Shown here: piece after piece, positions 20,669 to 31,200 of the stretch
Layout: every line of letters starts with the position of its first letter
Numbering within the stretch: position 1 is the stretch's first letter
Assembly (NCBI RefSeq): GCF_003334785.1
Contig: NZ_QOWV01000017.1
Direction: 5' to 3' (one strand)
Length of the DNA stretch: 64,000 nt
Source of the DNA: Escherichia coli
Lineage (GTDB): Bacteria; Pseudomonadota; Gammaproteobacteria; Enterobacterales; Enterobacteriaceae
Program-made: the position numbers and the translations under genes
The notes under the pieces: model-generated
What the model was told of the DNA's origin: nothing
The model's database searches: none
What the model saw: the letters and a program-made list of their open reading frames with translations, nothing else

Positions 20669-22088
20669 TCTTTTTCTCCTGCGCCTGATGTTTCTTAAAC
20701 CAACTACGGAAACTCTCTCCGTCAGCTTCAGGAAGATCGCGTGCTTCCATCCAGTCGCTAATCGCGCCAAATTTGAGTGGTGTTTTGCCGCCATTGATAA
20801 ACCAGCTTGCCGCATGAGCACCGGCCATCATCCCGACTTTCCACAATCCTGGATGACTATTGGCATAAGCGAACATTTTTATCGCCCGTTGCTCTGCTTT
20901 TGCGGTGATCCCTTTTTCAGCCATCACCCGACGATGACGCAAAATCAGTTTTGACAGCGGAATACGCACCGGACACACGTTGTCACAAGCTGTGCATAAA
21001 GAGCAGGCGTAGGGTAAATCTTTAAAATCTTTATAGCCGCCAAGTAGCGGAGAAATCACCGCACCAATTGGCCCTGGATAAATAGAGCCATATCCATGAC
21101 CGCCAATATGGCGATATGCCGGACAAGTATTCATACAAGCCCCGCAGCGAATACAGCGCAGCACATCCCGAAATTCAGAGGCCAGCACCTCAGAACGCCC
21201 GTTATCGACAATAACCAGATGAAACTCTTCAGGACCATCAACGTGCCCAGCTTCGCGCGGTCCTGTCAGCCAGGTGTTGTATCCCGTCAAACGTGCACCA
21301 ACGGCACTGCGCGCCAGCATGGTGATCAATACATCTACCTCGGCAAACGTGGGGGCAATACGCTCCATTCCCATCACTGCAATATGCGTTTTAGGCAGCG
21401 TGGTACACATTCGCGCATTACCTTCATTGGTCACCAGGCATACCGAACCGGTCTCTGCCACCGCGAAATTACAGCCGGTAATACCTATTTCAGCACTGAG
21501 GAAATCTTCGCGGATTTTTTGCCGGATGAATAAGGTCATCGCTTCAGGCGTTTCCGGCCCCTCATAGCCCAGACGTTCGTGTAGCACTCGACGGATCTGA
21601 TGGCGATCTTTATGAATTGCCGGGACCACAACATGAGATGGCGGATCTTGATCCAGCTGGAGAATATATTCACCCAGATCGGTTTCAATCACCTGAATGC
21701 CAGCATCCTGCAACACATGATTGACACCAATCTCTTCGGTCACCATCGATTTAGATTTCACCACCTTCCGGGCATTTTTGCGTTGGGCAACCTGTAAAAT
21801 GTAGCGGGTAGCGTCTTCTTTGGTTCTTGCAAAATAGACGTGACCGCCGTTTTGCGTCACTTTTTCTGAGAGCTGGTACAGATAAGCGTCGAGATTACTC
21901 AGAACATGATCACGTATCTGGGCGGCCCGATCGCGCCACTCCTCCCAGTGCCCCAATTCATCGACCATTTTTTGCCGATTTGCCCCAATACGCTGCTGCG
22001 CGTTTGCCACCGCTTTGCGCATGATCGGATCTTCAATTTGCTGACGGATGCGTGTCTTAAAATCTGTATTACTGGTTTTGATCGACAT
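20661..22088 (-). CDS. ykgF: LutB-like iron-sulfur protein
   Basis: 475 aa; two 4Fe-4S ferredoxin motifs CIRCGACMNTCP and CSLCTACDNVCP. Confidence 0.9.
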   Translation of the reverse strand: MSIKTSNTDFKTRIRQQIEDPIMRKAVANAQQRIGANRQKMVDELGHWEEWRDRAAQIRDHVLSNLDAYLYQLSEKVTQNGGHVYFARTKEDATRYILQVAQRKNARKVVKSKSMVTEEIGVNHVLQDAGIQVIETDLGEYILQLDQDPPSHVVVPAIHKDRHQIRRVLHERLGYEGPETPEAMTLFIRQKIREDFLSAEIGITGCNFAVAETGSVCLVTNEGNARMCTTLPKTHIAVMGMERIAPTFAEVDVLITMLARSAVGARLTGYNTWLTGPREAGHVDGPEEFHLVIVDNGRSEVLASEFRDVLRCIRCGACMNTCPAYRHIGGHGYGSIYPGPIGAVISPLLGGYKDFKDLPYACSLCTACDNVCPVRIPLSKLILRHRRVMAEKGITAKAEQRAIKMFAYANSHPGLWKVGMMAGAHAASWFINGGKTPLKFGAISDWMEARDLPEADGESFRSWFKKHQAQEKKNG

Positions 22089-22098
22089 CTTTATATCC

Positions 22099-22818
22099 TC
22101 AGCGGCTCATCAACACTTCAGCAATATGCATCACTTTGACTTTCTGCCCTTCCCGTTGTAATCGCCCACTGATGTTTAGCAGGCAACTCACGTCAGCACC
22201 AATTAAATACTCAGGGCGGACTTCCATCAGGTGCGCAACCTTTTCTTTCACCATCTCGCCGGATATTTCGGCCATTTTGACCGAGAACGTGCCGCCAAAT
22301 CCGCAGCAGGTATCCTGTTCAGCAAAGGTCAACAGCTCCAGTCCACGCACATTTTTCAGCAGCGTAAGTGGCTCGTCCTTCACTCCCAGCTTACGGGCCA
22401 GGCTACAAGATGGGTGATACACCGCTCTCCCTTGCAAACTGGCACCTACATCGACTACCCCTAATTTATTAACAATAAAAGAGGTGAGATCCTGCATACG
22501 CGCGGCAACCTTTGCGGCACGTGATGCCCATTCAGGTTCATCCGCCAGATACGTCGGGTAACTTTTTACGGCATAGGTGCAAGAGCCAGCCGGTGAAATA
22601 ATGGGATCGTCGTTATCCTCCAGTGCGGCGATCAGATTTTTCATCCCTGGAATCGCTTCTTTGATATAACCGCTATTGATCGCAGGCTGACCGCAGCATC
22701 CCTGTTTCTCCGGGAAATTTACGCGACAGCCGAGTTTTTCCAGTAGCAGCACGGAGTCTCGTGCCATTCTTGATTTCAGGGCGTCACCAATACAGGTGAC
22801 AAAGAAATTGACATTCAC
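22099..22818 (-). CDS. ykgE: LutA-like cysteine-rich (CCG-domain) oxidoreductase subunit
   Basis: 239 aa; CCG motifs QGCCGQP and TCCGFGG. Confidence 0.9.
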   Translation of the reverse strand: MNVNFFVTCIGDALKSRMARDSVLLLEKLGCRVNFPEKQGCCGQPAINSGYIKEAIPGMKNLIAALEDNDDPIISPAGSCTYAVKSYPTYLADEPEWASRAAKVAARMQDLTSFIVNKLGVVDVGASLQGRAVYHPSCSLARKLGVKDEPLTLLKNVRGLELLTFAEQDTCCGFGGTFSVKMAEISGEMVKEKVAHLMEVRPEYLIGADVSCLLNISGRLQREGQKVKVMHIAEVLMSR

Positions 22819-23344
22819 AACTAATACTCCATTACTTCATGCCCATTTATGCCCGATGTTTCCCCCCCACCGGGGGATCAATCATCAATAAATATGGCGT
22901 TCTTTTTTAATTGGCTAGCAACATACCACCCCTCATTTGTATGACAAATGATAATCTTTCATCCAAACGTCAAATGCAATAACTAATTTTATTTCTTTCG
23001 GCATCGCTCACATTTTATGGGGAAATCGACGATCATTTTTGGCATAAGAAATCCATTTAAAAATGGCTACATCCCTTATACCTATTCAGAGCTACTTATT
23101 CAGGGGTTATTGAGATATACACTGATGGTGTACAAAAAAATCACCGACAATAATCACGTATCAAGTAATAGTCGGGATTTTATTTAATTGAAGCAATTTA
23201 GTTTGCATTTTTATTTAAAAACTGAGCTAGAGTCCATCAGAAAAAATATATAAAGCCCAAACCACCGTTGGAAATAGAAATAGTTGAAAGGCTCACAACT
23301 CCCGGAATGCGGATTATCTTTGCCCTGATTTCTGGCGGTTTTAT

Positions 23345-24199
23345 TCAGGGTGCAAGCTGTCTGACCCTTTCCCGATATTCTCCCGGGGTACAACCAAACT
23401 CGCGGACAAACGCCTTGTGAAAAGATGATTCACTGGCATAGCCTACTGACTCAGCGATCACCACAACAGGGAGCGTTTCCCGGGAAAACATCTGGGCCGC
23501 TATTTGTAGACGCAACTTTGTTAATACAGCCAGCGGCGTGGTTCCGGAAACATCACGGAAAAGCTGGGCAAAACTTGCCCGGGACATGTGAGCGATGCTG
23601 GCCAGCGATTCGACGGTCCAGGCGTGTCCTGGCATTTCCAGCATTTGCTGTATTACCGCACCAAGACGTGGATGCAGAAGCAAACTGAGAATGTTTTTCT
23701 CAGTATTAACCTGTGCAATCCACTCACGCACCGCGAGGGTAAAGAATGTAGCGCAGATCTGGCTACACAGTGCATCCACTCCCGGCATTGCCGATCTGGA
23801 TTCCTGTTGTAAAAACGGGATCGCCTCCCTCAGCCAGTTATATTCCACGCTGTGGTTAACCGGTGCTAAAAACAGCGTTTCCGGCAAAGACGTTAAAAAA
23901 TAACGCGCCGAATGTTGCAACCGAAGAGTGCCGCAGACAATACTGGTCGATTCATTATCGACATGACTCAGGCGATGAGCTGAATTTTGTGGTAGCAGGA
24001 CCACATTTCCCGGGCGTAATGTAAAAATCTCCCCCGTCGGCATTTCCAGCTTCGCCGCTCCTTGCGTTAACGCATGCCAACGAATAACCGATAATTCCCC
24101 GGCACCATGTGGAAGCTGCCAGTCACTTCCTAACACGCAATTCTTATCGATCGTTCCTTGTGGAGCGTTAAGCATCAACAAACGGCTAAGGGCATCCAT
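23345..24199 (-). CDS. rclR: AraC-family redox-sensing activator of the rcl operon
   Basis: 284 aa; C-terminal AraC-type HTH; divergent from rclABC. Confidence 0.85.
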   Translation of the reverse strand: MDALSRLLMLNAPQGTIDKNCVLGSDWQLPHGAGELSVIRWHALTQGAAKLEMPTGEIFTLRPGNVVLLPQNSAHRLSHVDNESTSIVCGTLRLQHSARYFLTSLPETLFLAPVNHSVEYNWLREAIPFLQQESRSAMPGVDALCSQICATFFTLAVREWIAQVNTEKNILSLLLHPRLGAVIQQMLEMPGHAWTVESLASIAHMSRASFAQLFRDVSGTTPLAVLTKLRLQIAAQMFSRETLPVVVIAESVGYASESSFHKAFVREFGCTPGEYRERVRQLAP

Positions 24200-24424
24200 A
24201 TCAGACTCCTGAGTGGTTTTTGATTACAAACACCAACAATCTTAGTAAATAACTAATCTAATACCATCAAATAGTTAATCATGATTTTTGTTTTGTGATT
24301 CTGATTAAGAAAAAGAAAATATCAGACGATAAGACAAAATATCAAGCGTTGTGAAGAAATGTTATTTGCTCTTTTGCGTCTATAGTCATGATGTCAAATG
24401 AACGCGTTTCGACAGGAAATCATC

Positions 24425-25750
24425 ATGAATAAATATCAGGCAGTGATTATTGGTTTTGGCAAGGCTGGAAAAACATTAGCCGTCACGCTGGCAAAAGCAG
24501 GTTGGCGAGTGGCTCTCATCGAACAATCAAATGCAATGTATGGCGGGACCTGTATTAATATCGGCTGCATCCCAACCAAAACATTGGTTCATGACGCACA
24601 GCAGCACACAGATTTTGTCCGTGCCATACAGCGTAAAAATGAAGTGGTTAATTTTTTACGTAATAAGAATTTTCATAATCTTGCGGATATGCCCAATATC
24701 GACGTGATCGACGGCCAGGCGGAGTTTATCAATAATCATAGCCTGCGTGTTCATCGGCCTGAGGGAAATCTGGAAATTCATGGCGAGAAAATTTTTATTA
24801 ATACCGGTGCACAAACCGTGGTTCCGCCAATTCCTGGAATTACCACCACGCCAGGAGTATATGACAGCACCGGATTACTTAATCTAAAAGAATTGCCTGG
24901 GCATTTAGGTATTTTGGGCGGCGGATATATTGGCGTTGAGTTCGCCTCTATGTTCGCTAATTTTGGCAGCAAGGTAACCATTTTAGAAGCAGCTTCGCTG
25001 TTTTTGCCTCGGGAAGATCGGGATATTGCTGATAATATCGCGACGATTTTACGCGATCAGGGCGTCGATATTATCCTCAATGCCCATGTGGAGCGAATCA
25101 GTCACCATGAAAATCAAGTGCAAGTGCATAGCGAGCACGCCCAACTGGCGGTGGATGCACTGTTAATAGCTTCCGGTCGTCAACCGGCTACCGCTTCGTT
25201 ACATCCAGAAAATGCCGGTATCGCAGTAAACGAGCGCGGGGCAATTGTCGTTGACAAGCGATTACATACCACCGCAGACAATATTTGGGCGATGGGAGAT
25301 GTTACCGGCGGGCTGCAATTTACTTACATATCACTGGATGATTACCGCATTGTACGTGATGAGTTACTGGGTGAAGGCAAACGTAGTACTGATGATCGGA
25401 AAAATGTGCCTTATTCCGTATTTATGACACCGCCCCTGTCCAGGGTTGGTATGACAGAAGAACAAGCCAGAGAGAGTGGTGCTGATATTCAGGTGGTGAC
25501 ATTGCCTGTAGCTGCAATTCCGCGTGCCAGAGTGATGAATGATACTCGTGGGGTATTAAAAGCGATTGTTGATAATAAAACCCAACGTATGTTAGGGGCA
25601 TCACTGCTGTGTGTTGACTCCCACGAGATGATCAATATAGTGAAAATGGTGATGGATGCCGGGCTGCCTTATAGCATATTACGCGATCAGATATTTACTC
25701 ATCCGTCGATGAGCGAATCACTCAATGATCTATTTTCATTAGTCAAATAA
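24425..25750 (+). CDS. rclA: pyridine nucleotide-disulfide oxidoreductase (RclA)
   Basis: 441 aa from MNKYQAVIIGFGKAGK; redox-active GGTCINIGCIPTK; FAD/NAD dinucleotide folds. Confidence 0.9.
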   Translation: MNKYQAVIIGFGKAGKTLAVTLAKAGWRVALIEQSNAMYGGTCINIGCIPTKTLVHDAQQHTDFVRAIQRKNEVVNFLRNKNFHNLADMPNIDVIDGQAEFINNHSLRVHRPEGNLEIHGEKIFINTGAQTVVPPIPGITTTPGVYDSTGLLNLKELPGHLGILGGGYIGVEFASMFANFGSKVTILEAASLFLPREDRDIADNIATILRDQGVDIILNAHVERISHHENQVQVHSEHAQLAVDALLIASGRQPATASLHPENAGIAVNERGAIVVDKRLHTTADNIWAMGDVTGGLQFTYISLDDYRIVRDELLGEGKRSTDDRKNVPYSVFMTPPLSRVGMTEEQARESGADIQVVTLPVAAIPRARVMNDTRGVLKAIVDNKTQRMLGASLLCVDSHEMINIVKMVMDAGLPYSILRDQIFTHPSMSESLNDLFSLVK

Positions 25751-25858
25751 ACTCAAAATCAGACGCCAGAACAAATATTCTGGCGTCTCAGAGAAAAGAA
25801 TCTTATTAATTCTCTGTTACTCTATAACTTCTTAATCACTTCATTGATGGTATTTTAT

Positions 25859-26095
25859 ATGTTTAAAAAATCTGTTTTATTTGCAACACTATTATCTGGC
25901 GTTATGGCATTTTCCACCAATGCAGATGATAAAATAATTCTGAAACATATCAGCGTCTCGTCAGTATCAGCATCACCGACAGTTCTGGAGGATACCATTG
26001 CTGATATAGCCAGAAAATATAATGCTTCATCCTGGAAAGTCACATCGATGCGAATTGATAATAATTCAACCGCAACAGCAGTATTGTATAAATAA
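25859..26095 (+). CDS. rclB: small periplasmic protein RclB (signal peptide)
   Basis: 78 aa from MFKKSVLFATLLSGVMAFSTNA. Confidence 0.8.
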   Translation: MFKKSVLFATLLSGVMAFSTNADDKIILKHISVSSVSASPTVLEDTIADIARKYNASSWKVTSMRIDNNSTATAVLYK

Positions 26096-26106
26096 GGATG
26101 TTCACA

Positions 26107-26700
26107 ATGGAAAAATACCTGCACCTGTTAAGTCGGGGAGATAAAATTGGCCTGACATTGATTCGTCTGAGTATTGCAATTGTTTTTATGTGGATTGGGT
26201 TATTAAAGTTTGTCCCTTACGAGGCAGACAGCATTACACCATTCGTCGCAAACAGTCCACTAATGTCGTTCTTTTATGAACACCCGGAAGACTATAAACA
26301 GTATCTGACTCACGAAGGCGAATACAAACCAGAAGCAAGGGCATGGCAAACGGCCAATAATACCTATGGTTTTTCCAACGGTCTTGGCGTCGTGGAGGTG
26401 ATTATTGCTCTGCTGGTTTTGGCTAATCCTGTCAATCGCTGGTTAGGTTTATTGGGAGGACTGATGGCATTTACCACGCCGCTGGTAACACTCTCATTTT
26501 TAATCACCACCCCGGAGGCATGGGTACCCGCATTGGGTGACGCTCATCATGGTTTCCCTTATTTATCCGGTGCTGGTCGCCTGGTATTGAAAGATACTCT
26601 GATGCTGGCAGGTGCAGTCATGATAATGGCAGATTCGGCGCGGGAAATTCTTAAACAACGCAGTAATGAATCCAGTTCAACGTTAAAAACTGAATATTGA
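26107..26700 (+). CDS. rclC: inner-membrane protein RclC (DUF417)
   Basis: 197 aa from MEKYLHLL; multiple TM helices. Confidence 0.8.
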   Translation: MEKYLHLLSRGDKIGLTLIRLSIAIVFMWIGLLKFVPYEADSITPFVANSPLMSFFYEHPEDYKQYLTHEGEYKPEARAWQTANNTYGFSNGLGVVEVIIALLVLANPVNRWLGLLGGLMAFTTPLVTLSFLITTPEAWVPALGDAHHGFPYLSGAGRLVLKDTLMLAGAVMIMADSAREILKQRSNESSSTLKTEY

Positions 26701-27256
26701 TAATCCGAACACTGTCTGTTGTTCACTTTTTCAGGCGTCAGGCCCCCTTTCTGATGATGAAGCCTGACGCCATATTACCGGAGATATGACAGAGTGAAGA
26801 TCAATATCACTCCCTGTTAAAAGGTTTTTGTCGTCTTAGGTAAAATACATGATTAATATCAATCATGTATTTTTACAGCAAGACAACCACGAACAAATTC
26901 AGGATTAAAATGTTTTACCGACTCCCCAACATAACCCAAATCAAGCGAACTAATTTGTGCCATTTCTTTATCTGTCAGTGAGAAATCGATTTTTGATGGG
27001 CATCTGCAATACTCTGAAGCAGACTATACGGAAAATTCCACTGTCAGTCCCTCCATTAGGCATGAACAATGAGTCTACGTTAAAACGTAACCTCAAAGTA
27101 GTATGTGGATTTTGATATCACTTATGCAAAAAATTCATTAATAATGTAGGACTGAAACCTCTCTATTTTCGGGGACAACGAAGCAGACGCTACCAGTGCT
27201 TTTGCCTTCGCCCTTGCTATTTTTGATACACTTAGGGCCCAGGGTATAACGAAAAT

Positions 27257-28141
27257 GTGCGATATGACAAAGAATTAACGGAGAATGAGATGATCAGGCA
27301 GAAGATTCTACAGCAGCTCCTGGAGTGGATTGAGTGCAATCTTGAGCACCCTATTTCAATCGAAGATATCGCACAGAAATCTGGCTACAGCAGACGCAAC
27401 ATCCAGCTTCTGTTCCGAAATTTCATGCATGTGCCTTTGGGAGAATACATTCGCAAACGAAGGCTTTGTCGTGCCGCCATTCTTGTCCGGCTCACCGCGA
27501 AATCTATGCTTGATATTGCACTCTCTTTGCATTTTGATTCACAGCAGTCATTCAGCCGCGAATTTAAAAAGTTATTCGGCTGCTCTCCCCGTGAATACCG
27601 CCACCGTGATTATTGGGATCTCGCAAATATCTTCCCTTCTTTTTTAATACGTCAACAGCAAAAGACGGAGTGTAGATTAATCAACTTTCCTGAGACACCT
27701 ATTTTTGGCAACTCATTTAAATATGACATTGAAGTGTCGAATAAATCACCGGATGAAGAAGTCAAACTACGACGTCATCATTTAGCCAGATGTATGAAGA
27801 ATTTTAAGACGGATATCTATTTCGTTTCCACGTTTGAACCGTCAACAAAATCGGTCGATTTGCTCACGGTTGAAACTTTTGCTGGTACGGTATGTGAATA
27901 TGCTGACATGCCAAAAGAGTGGACAACGACCCGAGGACTTTATGCCTCTTTCCGTTATGAAGGAAACTGGGGAAATTATCCTGACTGGGTGCGTAACATC
28001 TATCTGATAGAGTTACCTGCCAGGGGGTTAGCCAGAGTGAACGGCAGCGATATTGAGCGCTTTTATTACAATGAAGATTTCGTAGAAAAGGATGGCAATG
28101 ATGTTGTTTGCGAAATTTTTATTCCCGTTCGTCCGGTTTAG
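27257..28141 (+). CDS. ykgA: Rob-like regulator: AraC-type HTH N-domain + GyrI-like C-domain
   Basis: 294 aa ORF; N-terminal dual HTH similar to MarA/Rob; C-terminus CEIFIPVRPV resembles the Rob C-terminus; an internal start at MIRQKIL is possible. Confidence 0.75.
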   Translation: MRYDKELTENEMIRQKILQQLLEWIECNLEHPISIEDIAQKSGYSRRNIQLLFRNFMHVPLGEYIRKRRLCRAAILVRLTAKSMLDIALSLHFDSQQSFSREFKKLFGCSPREYRHRDYWDLANIFPSFLIRQQQKTECRLINFPETPIFGNSFKYDIEVSNKSPDEEVKLRRHHLARCMKNFKTDIYFVSTFEPSTKSVDLLTVETFAGTVCEYADMPKEWTTTRGLYASFRYEGNWGNYPDWVRNIYLIELPARGLARVNGSDIERFYYNEDFVEKDGNDVVCEIFIPVRPV

Positions 28142-28169
28142 TTGGTCACTATCTCTTATTGAGTTTTAT

Positions 28170-28205
28170 CCTTGCCTGATACTATTTAATCAGTATCAGG
28201 CAAGG
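28170..28205. terminator. perfect 14-bp inverted repeat between convergent ykgA and eaeH
   Basis: ccttgcctgatact-atttaatc-agtatcaggcaagg read directly; no strong U-tract on either side, so function uncertain. Confidence 0.4.
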
Positions 28206-28280
28206 TATTCAGTGAATAATGGCGTTGAATATTTCAACACCATTATTCTTTATTAGATCGTAACTTTCATACTATTCAAA

Positions 28281-31200
28281 TTATGGCATCTCCTCCTCGC
28301 CATTTTCAGTCTCTGCAGCAACGGCGTTAATTGTCACCTTCACAGGCGTCATTTCGTACCCGCCATACGTCAGTGCGTTGAATGTGAACGTATAGACACC
28401 TGGCTTGCTGGTACTAAATGTACGCGTGATTTTCCCACCTGAGAAATGGTCAGCCTTCGACGGCAGGAATTGATAATCCTTCTCCGTCACTCCTTCCGGA
28501 GCCTCAATGTCGACCCACATACTTCCTCCTACGGGATTGACTCCCGCCATCAGGGTAACCGTCATTGTTGCAGTAGTCTTCCCGTCCGCCACCAGAGAAT
28601 CTACACGTTCTGGAGATGCGGCGAGCACCGCGTTTTTATCATCCGCGACGAATTTAGATTCAGCAGTTTTCGTCGATACCTGACCGTTGGCCTGTTCCAC
28701 TTTCGCCGTGAGTGTATATGTCGCTGCGATAGTGGTAGAGCCGGTGAAAACAGCCTGTCCTTGCTCATTAGTTTTCGCCGTCCCTTTAGGATCCAGAACT
28801 AAATTTTCCGAGCTGGCAGTCAGCGTCACGTCGCTATCCTTCAACAGGTTGTTATTGGCATCAGTCACCGTAACTTTATACGTCTGTTTGGTTTTGCCAT
28901 CCGCCACTGCACGGTTGCCAATCACCTCAATACTGGAGATGGTCGCCGTAGTCTTATCGGCCACAAACGTTACAGACTGCGCATTCGAAGGCTGGTCATT
29001 TCCTGCCGACGCCGTGATCTCATACGTTCCGGCAGTCACGGAGACCACTTTCAGTTCCGCTTTACCCTCCTTGTCGGCGTTCACCATGATATTACCGTCT
29101 GCAAGCGGTTTGACGCCCCGAGGCAGATTAAAGACGACCACAGCGCCAGGCAGAAGGTTGCCGTATTGATCCTTAACCGTTGCCGTCAGCGTAAAGGCAT
29201 CATTGTCGTTTGCCACTTTTGGCGTGCTGCCATCAACCTCCAGGGTCGCCTGACCGGTACTGAAATCCGCCTTGAATTTCACCGTAACCGTCTTCTGAGC
29301 ATTATTCACTGAGGCCGTGATGCTGTGTTCCCCCGCAACCGTTGACATAAGCTCAATGTCCACTTTCCCTGCCGCATTGGTTGTTACTGTATTCCCCGTC
29401 TTGCTGGTCACACCCTGCGGTAAAGTCAGCGTAACTTCTTGCCCCTGCAACGGGTTACCATAGCTGTCCACGACGGTCAGGGTTATCTGGTTAGCAGACT
29501 GTCCATTAGCCAGTTGGTTATTAACCTTCACTGTCATATCACGAATCTCAGCCTTAGATGCGTCACCTGCAACGTTCAGCACCAGTGGCTGAGCAACGGC
29601 ATTTTGGCCGTTCACTCGCGGCATCACAGACAACTGACCCGCGGCAGATCCCAGCGTTAAGGTCGCCACGTAGACCCCATTACCTTTCTCTGTCCAGTTT
29701 CCTGCTGAAGGACGCTCACTCCCCGTGCTGGCGGCACCGCTAAACACTGGTGCATCTGGCTTCAGCCCGGTGACCGGGTTCCCGTACGCATCCTTCACGG
29801 TGAAGGTGAGTTCCGTCGTCATTTTGACGGTCGGAGCCTTATTGTCCGCAACAAGCGTAGAGTTCGCTGATGACATCTCTCCGGCGATGACCGTCAACTG
29901 CGCGGCTTCGGTGGCTGCTGGCTGGCCGTTGAAGAGCGGCATGACACGAAGCTCGCCCGTCTTTCCGCCTGTAGTTAACGTAGCAACATAGGAACAGTCA
30001 CCTTTTTCGGTCCAACTGGAAACGGTCGCCCCTTCAGAGGCGGTCCCCGTCAAACTTGCCGACAACGAAAGACCACTGATAGTGTTGCCATGTGCATCTT
30101 TTGCAATAAGCGTCACGGTTGTGCTTTCGCCGGCTTTTACGTGATCTCCTGCGACAGAGACTTTCGACTGGTTTGAAGATAACGCATCAGCCACCACGGT
30201 TACTTTTGCCGCATTTGCTGCCGCATCCTGTCCATTTAGCTTCGGCATAACTTCTAATTCACCCGCCGTAGAGCCGAGAGTAATCTGCGCAGTCCACGTC
30301 CCATCACCATTATTTGTCCAGCCAGATGCCGTAGAACCTACAGCAGCGGCACCCGCTAATGACGGCGCTTCCGGCGTGAGGCTGGTCACAGGGTTGTCAT
30401 AGGCATCTTTTGCCGTCCAGATTGCCGTAACTGTACCGCCAACCACCGGTTTATCAGGATTCAGGGTGATGGACGAATGTGCTGCATCAAGCGGACCGGC
30501 AACAAACTTCAGCGTTTGTTGTAATGTGCCCAGCTGATACTGCTCGCTGAAAGCACGCACAACAACGTTTCCGGCACGGGTCGAAGAAACCGTGGCGCTG
30601 TAAACGCCTGGTTTTATTTCCGAAATGGCACCAACGGTTACACCATTAGTGTCTTGCGGAACAAATCGCAAGCGGCTGGCTTCTCCCGTCACCGGATTAC
30701 CCTCGGAGTCCACCGCAGTCAACGTCAACGTATAGGCTTGCTGACCATCAGCAACCACATCACCTGACGGCTCGTTAGCGCTCAGGGTGGAGTTTGCCAC
30801 ATCCATCATCGTGGCCCGCAGTTCTGCAGTGACGGTTTTGCTCATGCCATCAACGCTAACAGTAATCGTTGCCTCACCTGACTGCGTTCCGGTAGTAAAG
30901 ACAGACTGATACACCCCTGCTTCAGTTTCGGTGAACTCACCCAGTGTTGGCTTTGCCTGTGATTTAGTGGCCTTCAGGGAACGAGTCACAATATTTCCAG
31001 CCGGTTTGAAGGCTAGTTCAGTCTTGATCTGATCTTTCATGCCCGTGACTGGCTGCCCCTCGGCGTCGCGCAGAGACAGCACCAGCGGTCTTTGCTCATT
31101 ACCGTTAGCAAGCATTTGAATACGGCTCTGACCGTCAAGCGTTAACGCCGTGCGATCGGCGCTCATACCTGCTCCGGTAATGACCACCTCTGTCTGCACG

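Noticed and set aside
26733-26771. Hairpin after rclC as a rho-independent terminator.
   Set aside because: The loop is about 18 nt with no downstream U-tract, so it does not fit the intrinsic-terminator model; it is kept only as an unexplained inverted repeat in the findings.
28446-29991. Several plus-strand ORFs (for example 28687..29169 and 29725..29991) inside eaeH.
   Set aside because: They are antisense to a long, well-supported gene and arise from the repetitive GC-rich Ig-repeat sequence.
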